This document shows positions 38,638 through 48,099 of a stretch of 64,000 bases of DNA, piece after piece. Under the pieces are notes generated by a model. The model was given only the letters and a program-made list of their open reading frames with translations. It had not been told where the DNA came from and did not search any database. Position 1 is the stretch's first letter; every line of letters starts with the position of its first letter. The translations under genes and the position numbers were made by a program. Origin of the DNA: Spirochaetia bacterium (GTDB lineage: Bacteria; Spirochaetota; Spirochaetia; DSM-2461); the NCBI GenBank assembly GCA_963666985.2, contig CAXXIA010000002.1, positions 1,568,001 through 1,632,000 on the forward strand, read 5' to 3'.

Positions 38638-39383
38638 CCGTTCCCGGTAAGCGGCGGCCAAAGAGAAACAAGCCAAAGCCCCCAGACAAGTACCGTAAAC
38701 GCCGCGGCAAAAAACCGGCCTCGGACCGCGCCGCTCAACCGGCCGCTCCCCGCGGGGCCGCCCCGCATATCCGGTTCGGACGATATCCCCGCGTCCCGCT
38801 GCCGCCCGTCGGCGGAATCACAGTCCGCCTCACCGCCGGAGCGCTCGCCGCCCGCGGCACGGTCTGCGGGCGCGTTAGGATTCAGTCTCTCCATCAAAAG
38901 CCGATCCAAACTGCCGAAGAAATCCTTGCGGTCAATCGCCCCCCGCCACTCAAGAAGCGATTCGAAATGAAAAAAGGTCCGCCCGAGAAGCCCGCCGAAC
39001 CGGCCGGGAAGCTCCAGTTCCGGACGAACGGCCGCCACCGAAAGGAACACCATGCCGATCAGAGTCACACCCCGCATCAATCCGCTTTTGAGCGCCCCGT
39101 CGGTAATCCGCAGCGGCCCGATCTCCGCCAAAACACGCCCCACGGGAATGAGCAGATGAAAAAAAACAATCGAAAAAAGAAGAACGGCAAAATATCCCCA
39201 CCGGATTCTTTTTCCCGCGCATACGGCCAAAACGGCGAAAAGGGCCGTTAATGCCGACTTGAAAACCAGGCTCTCAATAAAGAAGAAAGGCGGCAGCGCC
39301 GCCGCCGCCGCCCAGAATCGCAATGAGGCCGATACATGCAAACCGATGAAATCCTTCCGGCGCCGCCGCAACGTTCGTCTCAC
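38634..39383 (-). CDS. ECF T-component-like membrane protein
   Basis: Multi-TM, P.GRVL...GPLRIT.GAL..G; coupled to Gx transporter gene. Confidence 0.55.
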   Translation of the reverse strand: MRRTLRRRRKDFIGLHVSASLRFWAAAAALPPFFFIESLVFKSALTALFAVLAVCAGKRIRWGYFAVLLFSIVFFHLLIPVGRVLAEIGPLRITDGALKSGLMRGVTLIGMVFLSVAAVRPELELPGRFGGLLGRTFFHFESLLEWRGAIDRKDFFGSLDRLLMERLNPNAPADRAAGGERSGGEADCDSADGRQRDAGISSEPDMRGGPAGSGRLSGAVRGRFFAAAFTVLVWGLWLVSLWPPLTGNG

Positions 39384-39952
39384 GGCGCTTCTCCTCCGCC
39401 CTTCGGCGCGGCCTCATCGCGATATCGGGCCTCGACGGCGGCAAGCCACTCGGATCGCTCGGCGAACACTTGAGCGAACCACCCGACCAGAAGCCCCGTA
39501 ATCAATCCCGAACCCAGAGAAAACGGAGCCATGAGTTTCGCAGCGCTCCCGAAGATGAAGGTAACGGCCAGAACAAGCTGCACAAGAGAACTCGCCATCG
39601 CACCGAACAGGGAAACGCCGATAAGACTCACCGAATTGCGTCCCAAACGATACACCAGGCTCATAGCCGCCAGCGACGCGGCCGATCCGGCGAAGGAAAA
39701 AAGAAACACGTAAGACGCCAGGGTTCCGTTTACAAGCCCCTGCCCCAGCACCTTCAGCAGAAGAACCAGAAGAAGATCGACGGGCGAAAGGAAGCGCAGG
39801 CCCAGAAGAAGCGGCAGATTGGCCAAACCGAGACGAAAAAACGGCATCGGCTTGGGAATGAGATACTCAATCGCCGAGAGAAAGAGACACAGGGCGCCGA
39901 AAATGGAAATGATTTCCGCCCGACCGCTTCGGGTATCAGAAGGCAACGGCAT
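39380..39952 (-). CDS. Gx transporter family protein
   Basis: IEYLIPKPMPFFRLGLANL, FSFAG, SLIGVS..GA, G..TG. Confidence 0.85.
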   Translation of the reverse strand: MPLPSDTRSGRAEIISIFGALCLFLSAIEYLIPKPMPFFRLGLANLPLLLGLRFLSPVDLLLVLLLKVLGQGLVNGTLASYVFLFSFAGSAASLAAMSLVYRLGRNSVSLIGVSLFGAMASSLVQLVLAVTFIFGSAAKLMAPFSLGSGLITGLLVGWFAQVFAERSEWLAAVEARYRDEAAPKGGGEAP

Positions 39953-40310
39953 CCGCACCGCCTTCGGAGGATTTTCCGCCGGTTATCCTGATAAAAACCC
40001 GATTCGGCAAACAAGCAATCCATTCGGAAGAGTGTGAAATTCCGCCGGCGGCCACGCAGATGTTGTCCCGGCAGTCCGAATGCGTTACCGCGGCCACGCC
40101 GTCATGAATCTCCAAAACCGTCTTACCCACGGGGCCTTCCAGCACCAAGTCGGTGTCGACGGATAACGGCAGGACATACTTTTGCCCCGCGGCTTCCACC
40201 TCCACCATGGCTTCTCCGGATCGGTCCGAAGACGACCATGCCGCGGAAGCCGCCACAGCGGACAGCGCCAGGAGGAAAATAAGGTAATCGAGAGTCTTTA
40301 AATGCCTCAT
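39936..40310 (-). CDS. NusG domain II-containing exported protein
   Basis: N-terminal TM; GPVG, SDCRDNICV..G.I, IACLPNRV. Confidence 0.85.
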   Translation of the reverse strand: MRHLKTLDYLIFLLALSAVAASAAWSSSDRSGEAMVEVEAAGQKYVLPLSVDTDLVLEGPVGKTVLEIHDGVAAVTHSDCRDNICVAAGGISHSSEWIACLPNRVFIRITGGKSSEGGADAVAF

Positions 40311-40525
40311 CCGGCCTTATTTTAGCCTAATTTACCCGGAATTAAATCAAATCTCTCCGGAGTTTCAAGACAATTAAAGACTCAAATTGACCCATTTTGA
40401 CCCATAGATAGGAAAAAATAGATATTTCTCAATATTTTTCATGTGAAGTAACGGAATTCCGGCCGATATGGGTATAACATCATGAGACGGCGGAGAAAAT
40501 TTATAAACCGCCAGGAGGTAATTAC

Positions 40526-41053
40526 GTGAAGAAAATTATCGTTTTGATTACTTTGTGCGTCCTTGTAACCGGATTTGCCGCTGCGGGCGGACTCGTATTC
40601 CAGCTCGGTGCCGGTTATCACTCTTCTTTCGGAACCTTCTCCGATGCGCCCTCAAGCGTCGATGATGTTAAGGCCATGCCTTTGGGCGTCGGCGGATATG
40701 CCGGTCTCGGATACGGTTTCGGCGACAAAAAAATGCTTTCTCTGGGCGCGGAATTCGCCCCAAGCTGGGATCTGTGTCTCAACCCCATGGGTGTTTCGAA
40801 TTTCAACTACCAACTTCGGGCTTTCGCAAAACTCAAACCCGCCGGCCTTTTGACTCTGACCGGATATGCCGGTTACGCGGGTGAAATTTTCCTCGGCGGA
40901 GATATCGACGACTACAAAGCCAACAGCAACCTCGCTCTTGGCGCCAGGCTGACTCTTCTCTTCCTTTACGCCGAATACGATGTTGTGATGCCCTGGGACT
41001 TCAGCGGCATCAACAAGCACGAAGTGGGACTCGGTTTCGCCATCTTTAAGTAA
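40526..41053 (+). CDS. Small outer-membrane beta-barrel protein
   Basis: Signal peptide, Gly/aromatic strands, C-terminal VGLGFAIF; AGGAGG RBS, GTG start. Confidence 0.65.
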   Translation: MKKIIVLITLCVLVTGFAAAGGLVFQLGAGYHSSFGTFSDAPSSVDDVKAMPLGVGGYAGLGYGFGDKKMLSLGAEFAPSWDLCLNPMGVSNFNYQLRAFAKLKPAGLLTLTGYAGYAGEIFLGGDIDDYKANSNLALGARLTLLFLYAEYDVVMPWDFSGINKHEVGLGFAIFK

Positions 41054-41074
41054 ATCAAAATATTAAATTTCATG

Positions 41075-41107
41075 AGCCCGGCGGTTGAATCCGCCGGGCT
41101 TTTTATT
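41075..41107 (+). terminator. Rho-independent terminator
   Basis: AGCCCGGCGG-TTGAAT-CCGCCGGGCT followed by TTTTATT. Confidence 0.85.
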
Positions 41108-41236
41108 CCGGCACCATAGCCCTCTTCGATGGAAAGAACCGCCCGAACCGGCGATGAATCATCATGCAATCACGGCCGCTTGCCCAAGCGGAAAATTGCC
41201 GAAGACACGACAAAGCGATACACTTAAAAATCCGTT

Positions 41237-41719
41237 ATGACTCTTCCCGGAACCATGGAAATACTCGGAGAATTCGCCGCGCGGCATGCTCCCGTACTGA
41301 AAGGCCTGGCCATGGGTTCGGCCGTTTTTTTCATTCTCACGCCGCTGGTCGTTCCGTTCCTGATTATCCTGATGCCCGAAGACGCTCTGATCCGGCGAAA
41401 AACCGTCTTAAGCGGCATGACGGTGCTCCGTGCCGCGGCCCGTCTTTTGTGGCACGCGGTGAAAAACATCCTCGGAATCACTCTTATGGCCCTGGGCGTC
41501 GTACTTCTTTTTTTGCCGGGACAAGGCCTTCTGACTCTGTTCGCCGGAATACTGCTGGCCGATATCCCGGGAAGACGAACCCTCGCCGCGCGCCTTCTGG
41601 GTACGGGAAAAATCCGGCCGGCCGTCGACCGAATGCGTGCGCGGCATGGGAAAAGGCCGCTTCGGTTTCCTACGGATGCATCCGGAAAGAGCGAAGGAGA
41701 TAAAGAGAGCAAAGAATAA
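41237..41719 (+). CDS. PGPGW-domain membrane protein
   Basis: KNILG..L..LG..LLFLPGQGLLT...G..L.D.PG. Confidence 0.75.
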   Translation: MTLPGTMEILGEFAARHAPVLKGLAMGSAVFFILTPLVVPFLIILMPEDALIRRKTVLSGMTVLRAAARLLWHAVKNILGITLMALGVVLLFLPGQGLLTLFAGILLADIPGRRTLAARLLGTGKIRPAVDRMRARHGKRPLRFPTDASGKSEGDKESKE

Positions 41720-41801
41720 AGGCGCCCGCCGGGCGATGGTGATTAGAGGAAGAGTTCCCGACGGCCGCAATTGGTACCGAAGCCCCCTTCGGGCCGCCCC
41801 C

Positions 41802-43025
41802 TTATCCGAGAAGTCCCAAAAACTTGCCCACCATTACACCGAGATAATTCCCGAAGGCGTGTCCCAAAATCCCCACGGTAATCCCCGGAGCAATCAAATC
41901 CCGATTGCCGACGGCCGCCGCGGTAAGCCCGACAAAGGGCGGAGAGCAAATGGCGGCGGTGGATGTAACCAGAACCGTGTCGGTGTCTATCCCTGTTAAT
42001 CGGGCAAGCAGAATGTGGAGCAGAAAAGATCCGAACAGGCAGAACCCCACGAAAAGGAACAAAGCGGGCGCCGCTTCGACGAGAATCTTCAAATCGGCAA
42101 GAGCGCCGACGGAAACGCAGAACACCAGAATAAGAAACTGACCGGCCGGATAGCTCATTTTTCGGCGCCGCACCGCGGGAATAAAGGATGCCGCCAGACT
42201 CAGCGTCGTCAGAGCCAAAATGGTCAGCACGAACGCCGATCCCTCCGGAGCGATCAGGAAAACAGAGCCCCCCAGGGCGCCGACGATCAGAGCCAGGCCC
42301 AGAGAAACAAAGATTTCTTTAACGTTGGCGGCCTTCATAAGGACGGAATAAGAATCTTCTTCGGATGCCGCGTGGGCCGCGGCGTCGGCGGGCGGAACGG
42401 ATACGGGCCCGATTTTTTGCCCCTTTTCCAGGGCGTTTTTCTCGGCCGAACCGGCCGGCGCGGTATAAGGTTTCAGAAACAGGGAAAGCACCTTCTTCGC
42501 AGCGGTCATAACGAAAAGCAGATAAAGAGCGGACAGAACGAGGTCGGAGGTGTGAACCGTCAGATAGGCGTTTTGTGAAACCTGAAGGGCCTTGGATATC
42601 GCCGCGAGATTGGGCGTGCCCCCGGTATACACGCCGACGATCATTCCGGCAATATCGGCGCTCTCGCCGATGCGGCCGCGGAAGAGCAGATGTGCGATGA
42701 TAACAACGGTTACGATGCTCACGCCCGCCAGGGCCATGGACAAACCCGCCCGGCCGGTCAGAGACCGGGATCGGGAGAAATCCACCGAGAAAAGCAGCAG
42801 CGGTATGGAGAGCGCCACGGCCGCGGTCTGTACGGCGTCCAGCGGACCCGCGGCGTCTTCACCGACAAGTCCGGTATTGGCCAGAAGGATGCCCGCCACG
42901 TAGCAGGCGATGATGGGATTCACCTTCTTCATCCAGGCCCAGCCCGTCTTTTCCCGCAGAAGCAGAAGCAGGATGGGAAACAGAAAAGAGATAAGAGCGA
43001 TCGACCAGCCGGGCACCGTTACCAT
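41802..43025 (-). CDS. DUF819 family membrane protein
   Basis: IPLLLF, GVYTGGTPNL, STAAICSPPFV, GILG.A.GNYLG. Confidence 0.8.
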   Translation of the reverse strand: MVTVPGWSIALISFLFPILLLLLREKTGWAWMKKVNPIIACYVAGILLANTGLVGEDAAGPLDAVQTAAVALSIPLLLFSVDFSRSRSLTGRAGLSMALAGVSIVTVVIIAHLLFRGRIGESADIAGMIVGVYTGGTPNLAAISKALQVSQNAYLTVHTSDLVLSALYLLFVMTAAKKVLSLFLKPYTAPAGSAEKNALEKGQKIGPVSVPPADAAAHAASEEDSYSVLMKAANVKEIFVSLGLALIVGALGGSVFLIAPEGSAFVLTILALTTLSLAASFIPAVRRRKMSYPAGQFLILVFCVSVGALADLKILVEAAPALFLFVGFCLFGSFLLHILLARLTGIDTDTVLVTSTAAICSPPFVGLTAAAVGNRDLIAPGITVGILGHAFGNYLGVMVGKFLGLLG

Positions 43026-44359
43026 TCCCCCCGTTCCGCAAGGAGATTCTTCAGAACCTTGAACGCCGTTTCCCATTTGAACCCGGAAGCATGCCGGGAA
43101 GAAAAACGGAACCGATACTGAGCCTTCTCGTAGCGAAATTCAAATTTCTGCTGTTTGAAAGTGTTCACCGCCGTGATTTCCTTCAGAGGGAACGAGCGGC
43201 GGCGGCGGCCGGAACGGACTTCAATCCGATCGCGGTAAAGACGGGCCTCGCCGTGAAGAACGGGAAGCATGGGCATGGCCCGCTCGCCTTTCATCAGAGT
43301 CACTTCGGCATCGCTAAGGAGAATCGGGTCAGAGATAAGGGTGCCGGGATTTTTACCCGCGGGCGTCTTCCCGCCGCCAGCCTTGCCGGCAGCCTTGCGG
43401 CCTGCCGGAAGGGCGGCGGCGTCGGCCGCCGGACCGCTCTCCGGCGCCGCGGTTAAAAATTCGTTAAATCGCGTCTTCAGCAGATTCTCCTGCCATTGAA
43501 TCCAGTCGGCGGGATGATCAAAAGACGGTCCGGCTTTCGGATACCGAAAGAACCCGTAGACATCCACCTCAACGGTATAACCGCAAATACAGGAGATTGC
43601 GTTGCCCTCGGAGGTGATCGTGCCGATTCTTTTGCATGAAGGACAGGCCCAATGGGCCAATTCAAGACTCTCGGCTCGCCGTTCGCTTCTTATCGGAACT
43701 TTTTTCTCGGCCTGCCATTCGTATTCGTCATGGCGCAGAGCTTCTTCAATCCGCCGTTCGATTTCCGACAGCTTCAGAGTTTTAATTTCCTTGGAATCGA
43801 TGATGCGCCGGAAATAAATTTCAATACGGCAGCGGCGCTTTTTCCAGGCCCATCGAGGTTTGGTCAGATAGCCGCCTTTGAATACCGGAACAATAACCGG
43901 AACCTTCATAAACCGCACCAATTTGGCCGTTGCGGCGATCAAAGGGCCCGTGCGTCCGTCCCAGTTTTGATTGCCCTCCGGAAAGATTCCTCCGACTTCA
44001 CGCATTTCCATCGCATTTTTCAAATGCTGAAGCGAAATCATGTCAGATTGGCCCTTTACCTTGGGTATGGCTCCGAACGCGCTGAGCATCCACTTCAAAT
44101 CGCCGCGGAAGGCCGCATCGGATGCCAGCCAGCGAATCGGAGTCGGTGCCGCGAACGAGAGAAGAAACGGATCCCATTGGTTCACATGGTTCGGCAGCAT
44201 GAGATACGGCGGCCTTGTCGTGTAAAGCACTCCGAGATTTTTAAACCGAACATTGAAGAGAAGGGACATCCCCCAGAGAAGCGGTTTTAACGAGTAATTG
44301 ATGATGAACAACCATACGTGAAAAAGAGAAGATATGATTTTCTTCATTGTTATTGACAT
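43019..44359 (-). CDS. Lysophospholipid acyltransferase (PlsC-like) with C-terminal Cys-rich extension
   Basis: NHVNQWD, FGAIP, IFPEG, PRW; CPSC..CIC. Confidence 0.85.
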   Translation of the reverse strand: MSITMKKIISSLFHVWLFIINYSLKPLLWGMSLLFNVRFKNLGVLYTTRPPYLMLPNHVNQWDPFLLSFAAPTPIRWLASDAAFRGDLKWMLSAFGAIPKVKGQSDMISLQHLKNAMEMREVGGIFPEGNQNWDGRTGPLIAATAKLVRFMKVPVIVPVFKGGYLTKPRWAWKKRRCRIEIYFRRIIDSKEIKTLKLSEIERRIEEALRHDEYEWQAEKKVPIRSERRAESLELAHWACPSCKRIGTITSEGNAISCICGYTVEVDVYGFFRYPKAGPSFDHPADWIQWQENLLKTRFNEFLTAAPESGPAADAAALPAGRKAAGKAGGGKTPAGKNPGTLISDPILLSDAEVTLMKGERAMPMLPVLHGEARLYRDRIEVRSGRRRRSFPLKEITAVNTFKQQKFEFRYEKAQYRFRFSSRHASGFKWETAFKVLKNLLAERGEW

Positions 44360-44525
44360 TTCCAGGTGATGCGTAGTTTATACGAGGCCCGTTCCGGTGT
44401 CGAGACGAATATCTTTCAATTTGCGTGGGGAAAATCTTCAACCGTTTCTTATCAGACACTTTAAAAGCGGGTTCAAAAATCATCATGTATTGAATTGAAG
44501 CCGTTCCCAAGCGATTTGGGGGATT

Positions 44526-44568
44526 TCGACCGTCGAATAAAGGCAATTTCGTGAAATATGAAATGGCC
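44526..44568. repeat. Diverged palindromic intergenic element, copy 2
   Basis: TCGACCGTCGA plus GGCAATTTC..GAAATGGCC; aligns with 16738-16780. Confidence 0.55.
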
Positions 44569-44639
44569 CCACTTAACACAATATTGTATTTCATGTATTT
44601 CAGTAGTCTGATATTCATTCACCCCAGGGAGAATTAGCC

Positions 44640-45935
44640 ATGAATCCGCAAGCCGCCGAATTGAATGCCGTACTTCAAGCCGAGGGAGATGCCGCTTACA
44701 GACTTCTTTCCGACCGCGGGCGCCGGATCTATTTCCCGCGCAAGGGTCTGGTGGCCCAAGGCATGGACGCGAAAGGCAAGTCCATCAACGCGTCCATCGG
44801 AGAAGGCAAAGACGACGACGGCTCGCCTCTTCGGCTCTCGCCTCTCGCGAAGCGCATCAACCTTCCGCCGGACGAAGTCTTCCCCTACACGCCGAGCTTC
44901 GGTAAGCCCGCTCTGCGCGACCGCTGGGCGAAAATGATCCGGGAGAAAAATCCCACTCTGGGGAACACGCCCCTCTCCCGTCCGGTGGTTACAAACGCCC
45001 TTACCCACGGTCTTTCGGTCGTCGGATACCTCTTCCTCGACGAAGGTGATGAAATCATCATGCCCCGGCACTACTGGGGCAACTACAACCTGGTTTTTAC
45101 CGAAGCCTACGGTTCGGCGATGAAAACCTTTGAAACCTTCGACGGCGAGGGTCCCGATGCCGGATTCAATACCGCCGGTCTTGCCGAGGCCCTTGCCTCA
45201 CCCGGCGAGAAGAAAATCGTTCTTTTGAACTTCCCGAACAACCCGACCGGCTACACTCCGACCTTCGGCGAAGTCAATCGAATCGTCGATGCCGTTAAGA
45301 CGGCCGCGGAAGCGGGTAAAACCGTCCTTGTGGTTCTGGACGACGCCTACTTCGGACTTGTTTATCGGGAAGGCGTCGCCGTCGAATCCCCCTTCGCGAA
45401 GCTCGCCTCTCTTCATGAAAACGTCGTTGCCTGCAAAGTGGACGGCGCCACCAAAGAAGACTACGTATGGGGCTTCCGTGTGGGATTCGTCACCTTCGCC
45501 GGTAAAGGCCTGAGCGAAAAGGCTCTGGCCGCTCTGGAAGACAAGGCCGCCGGCCGTGTGCGCGGAAGCATATCCAGCGACTCACATCTGGCCCAGTCTC
45601 TGCTTCTTCATGCTTATGACGATCCGGCCTACGCGCCGGAGAAAAAACGGGCCTTTGATCTGCTGAAATCCCGGTATGACGCCCTGGCGGCAGAACTGAA
45701 AGCTCATCCCGAGTATAAAGAACGATTCGAAGCTCTGCCGTTCAACTCAGGGTATTTCATGTGCGTCAAGCTGGCGAACGGGGATGCGGAGTCCGTACGG
45801 CAAAAGCTGCTGGCCGACTACGACACCGGCGTCATCGCTCTGGGCGACTTGGTGCGGGTGGCCTATTCCTCGCTTCCTCAGGCACAGATTCCATTGCTGT
45901 TCGCCAATTTATATAAGGCCTGCGGCGAGGTTTAA
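44640..45935 (+). CDS. PLP-dependent aminotransferase class I/II
   Basis: NFPNNPTGY, DDAY, DGATKE..WGFRVGF, FNSGYF. Confidence 0.9.
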   Translation: MNPQAAELNAVLQAEGDAAYRLLSDRGRRIYFPRKGLVAQGMDAKGKSINASIGEGKDDDGSPLRLSPLAKRINLPPDEVFPYTPSFGKPALRDRWAKMIREKNPTLGNTPLSRPVVTNALTHGLSVVGYLFLDEGDEIIMPRHYWGNYNLVFTEAYGSAMKTFETFDGEGPDAGFNTAGLAEALASPGEKKIVLLNFPNNPTGYTPTFGEVNRIVDAVKTAAEAGKTVLVVLDDAYFGLVYREGVAVESPFAKLASLHENVVACKVDGATKEDYVWGFRVGFVTFAGKGLSEKALAALEDKAAGRVRGSISSDSHLAQSLLLHAYDDPAYAPEKKRAFDLLKSRYDALAAELKAHPEYKERFEALPFNSGYFMCVKLANGDAESVRQKLLADYDTGVIALGDLVRVAYSSLPQAQIPLLFANLYKACGEV

Positions 45936-46022
45936 GGGCAACCGGCCGCCTCGGTTTTCGGCCGGCCGCGGAAGATTAAGCGGTCTTCCGTTCCGCCGGA
46001 TTCAAGCCGCAGACCGCCTGCG

Positions 46023-46970
46023 TTACACCCAGGAGTCTTCGGGCACCGAAAAGCACGGCGGCTCAAGGCCGAAATAGGCCAAAACGGCTCCTTTAACCTC
46101 TTCAAGCCGCCGAACTCCGTCGAAACAGGAGCGGCCCCGTTCATTCCGGCTCAAGAGGAGCACGGGCACCGGATTCCTGCTGTGGTCCGCGGAGCTCCTC
46201 TCTTCACAATTACCGTGATCGCTCACCAGAAGAATCGCCGTTTCCTCACGGTCCGTATCGGCCAAAAGAGCCCTCAGGAACCGATTGATTTCGGACAGGG
46301 CCCGATCCAAATCCTCATACATCTTCTTATGCGCGTACGTATCCGTAGCGAAGTATTCATGGAACACGAAATCGGCTTCGCCGAGGATTCCCGCCATCCT
46401 GCGGGCCGCTTCTTCCGGCTCGATAATCGGTATATCGTAACCTCGGCCCTGAATGAATCGATTCGTCAGGTCCGTATACACGGCCCGGCCCCGCAGGTAA
46501 TCCTCCGGCATGCGGAACGGAACGCCGGAACCCCGAATGGTAAGGGCCGAAACGGGAAAAGCGTTTCGTTTCCGACGCACTTCCAGCTCTTCCCGCCGCC
46601 GAAAGAACTCGGGCGTGTAAAGATTCGAGGCCGTCACGGAAACACCCGCCGACCGGAGAGCCGCCATCATCCCTTCCTCGGCGATAAGATCCGTCAGAGG
46701 TTCGTTCGGCAGTGCGGTCAAATGATACCCCAGCAGCGCCGGAGCATTCACGCCGGTCATCAAAGACGCCTGTCCCGTCGCCGACTGCGGCAGACCGGAA
46801 ACGCCTCCGGTGGCATCGGCGGCCCGCAGAATGCCTTCCGGGAAATCAGCCGGAGCCGAATCGACGGTAAAAGGAATCTCGGCGATGCCGTCAAGGAGTC
46901 TCCTCGCGGGATTCTCCGGCACATCCGCCCCCAGCCCCAAACCGTCGACAAAAAAAAGTAGAAGCTTCAT
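46023..46970 (-). CDS. Alkaline phosphatase-superfamily metalloenzyme (phosphoglycerate mutase-like)
   Basis: FFVDGLG, PQSATGQ, TD..AH, SDHGN, HSRNPVP; start ATG 46970. Confidence 0.8.
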   Translation of the reverse strand: MKLLLFFVDGLGLGADVPENPARRLLDGIAEIPFTVDSAPADFPEGILRAADATGGVSGLPQSATGQASLMTGVNAPALLGYHLTALPNEPLTDLIAEEGMMAALRSAGVSVTASNLYTPEFFRRREELEVRRKRNAFPVSALTIRGSGVPFRMPEDYLRGRAVYTDLTNRFIQGRGYDIPIIEPEEAARRMAGILGEADFVFHEYFATDTYAHKKMYEDLDRALSEINRFLRALLADTDREETAILLVSDHGNCEERSSADHSRNPVPVLLLSRNERGRSCFDGVRRLEEVKGAVLAYFGLEPPCFSVPEDSWV

Positions 46971-47241
46971 TCGAAACAAACATACCGAATTGGAGTGGGT
47001 CCGTCCAATATGCCGCTTTTCACCAACCGATCGTCCCCGCTCAGGCCGCCTCCGCGATGCTGTCAAAGTCCGTCCGATACGGCCGAATCGGCATGGAAGA
47101 CCCCGGACGACCTCAATGCGAAATTTCCGGCATTGATTTGCCGCTAAAAGGCGTTGCGGAAATCGACTCCAACCAACATACTGATGGGCGATTGTCCGCA
47201 AAAGCGCCATCGGATATCCAATAAAGCATTTGAGGTACCTC

Positions 47242-48099
47242 ATGAACCGTATACTCCGCAAGAGACAACTTTCCGCCGATGTCTATCGATTCACGTTCGA
47301 GGCGGAAAACATCGCCCGGGAACGAAAAGCAGGCCAGTTTCTCATCATCCAGCTGGATAACGAATTCGCCGAGCGTATTCCGCTTACCATCGCGGACGCC
47401 GACAAAGACGCCGGCACCGTCGATATCATTTTCCAGGCCGTAGGAGCCACGACATTAAAACTGGCCGCCATGAACGAAGGTGACTCCATCGCCAACGTCC
47501 TCGGACCCCTTGGAACCCCCACCCACATTGAAAAATTCGACGGCCCTGTCGTCTGCGTCGGCGGCGGCATCGGCGTGGCCCCCATGCACCCCATAGCCCA
47601 GGCCATGAAGGCCGCCGGGAACGAACTCATCATCATCATGGGAGCCAGAAATAAAGATCTCCTCATCATGGAAGAAGAAATGTCCGCCCTGGCCGACGAA
47701 CTGATTATCTGCACCGACGACGGCTCCTACGGACGCAAGGCCCTGGTCACCGAGCCGCTGAAGGAACTCTGCGAGTCGGACAAGCCCCCCGCGCTTGCGG
47801 TTGCCATCGGTCCGCCCATCATGATGAAGTTCTGTGCCGCCACAACAAAGCCTTTCGGCGTTCATACGATGGTGTCGCTGAACACCATCATGGTCGACGG
47901 TACCGGAATGTGCGGCGGATGCCGGGTTACCGTCGGAGGAGAAACAAAATTCGTCTGCGTCGACGGCCCCGAATTCGACGGTCATCTGGTGGATTTCGAC
48001 AACATGATGCTCCGATTGAAAGCTTATAAAGATCAGGAGGATGATCACCGATGCCGAATCGGCCTAAACCATACCGGAGTCGCGGGAGGGAAAAAATGA
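47242..48099 (+). CDS. nfnA: Electron-bifurcating transhydrogenase small subunit NfnA (SudB-like)
   Basis: AGQF, ERIPLT, GPLG, GGGIG, TDDGSYG, IGPPIMM, MVDGTGMCGGCR, CVDGPEF. Confidence 0.88.
   Translation: MNRILRKRQLSADVYRFTFEAENIARERKAGQFLIIQLDNEFAERIPLTIADADKDAGTVDIIFQAVGATTLKLAAMNEGDSIANVLGPLGTPTHIEKFDGPVVCVGGGIGVAPMHPIAQAMKAAGNELIIIMGARNKDLLIMEEEMSALADELIICTDDGSYGRKALVTEPLKELCESDKPPALAVAIGPPIMMKFCAATTKPFGVHTMVSLNTIMVDGTGMCGGCRVTVGGETKFVCVDGPEFDGHLVDFDNMMLRLKAYKDQEDDHRCRIGLNHTGVAGGKK

Noticed and set aside
46971..47261. N-terminal extensions in the ORF track (also 10220, 33601, 35867, 36874, 38676, 43076, 48051, 60694)
   Set aside because: Homology motifs, RBS or -10 placement and gene overlaps support the shorter starts listed
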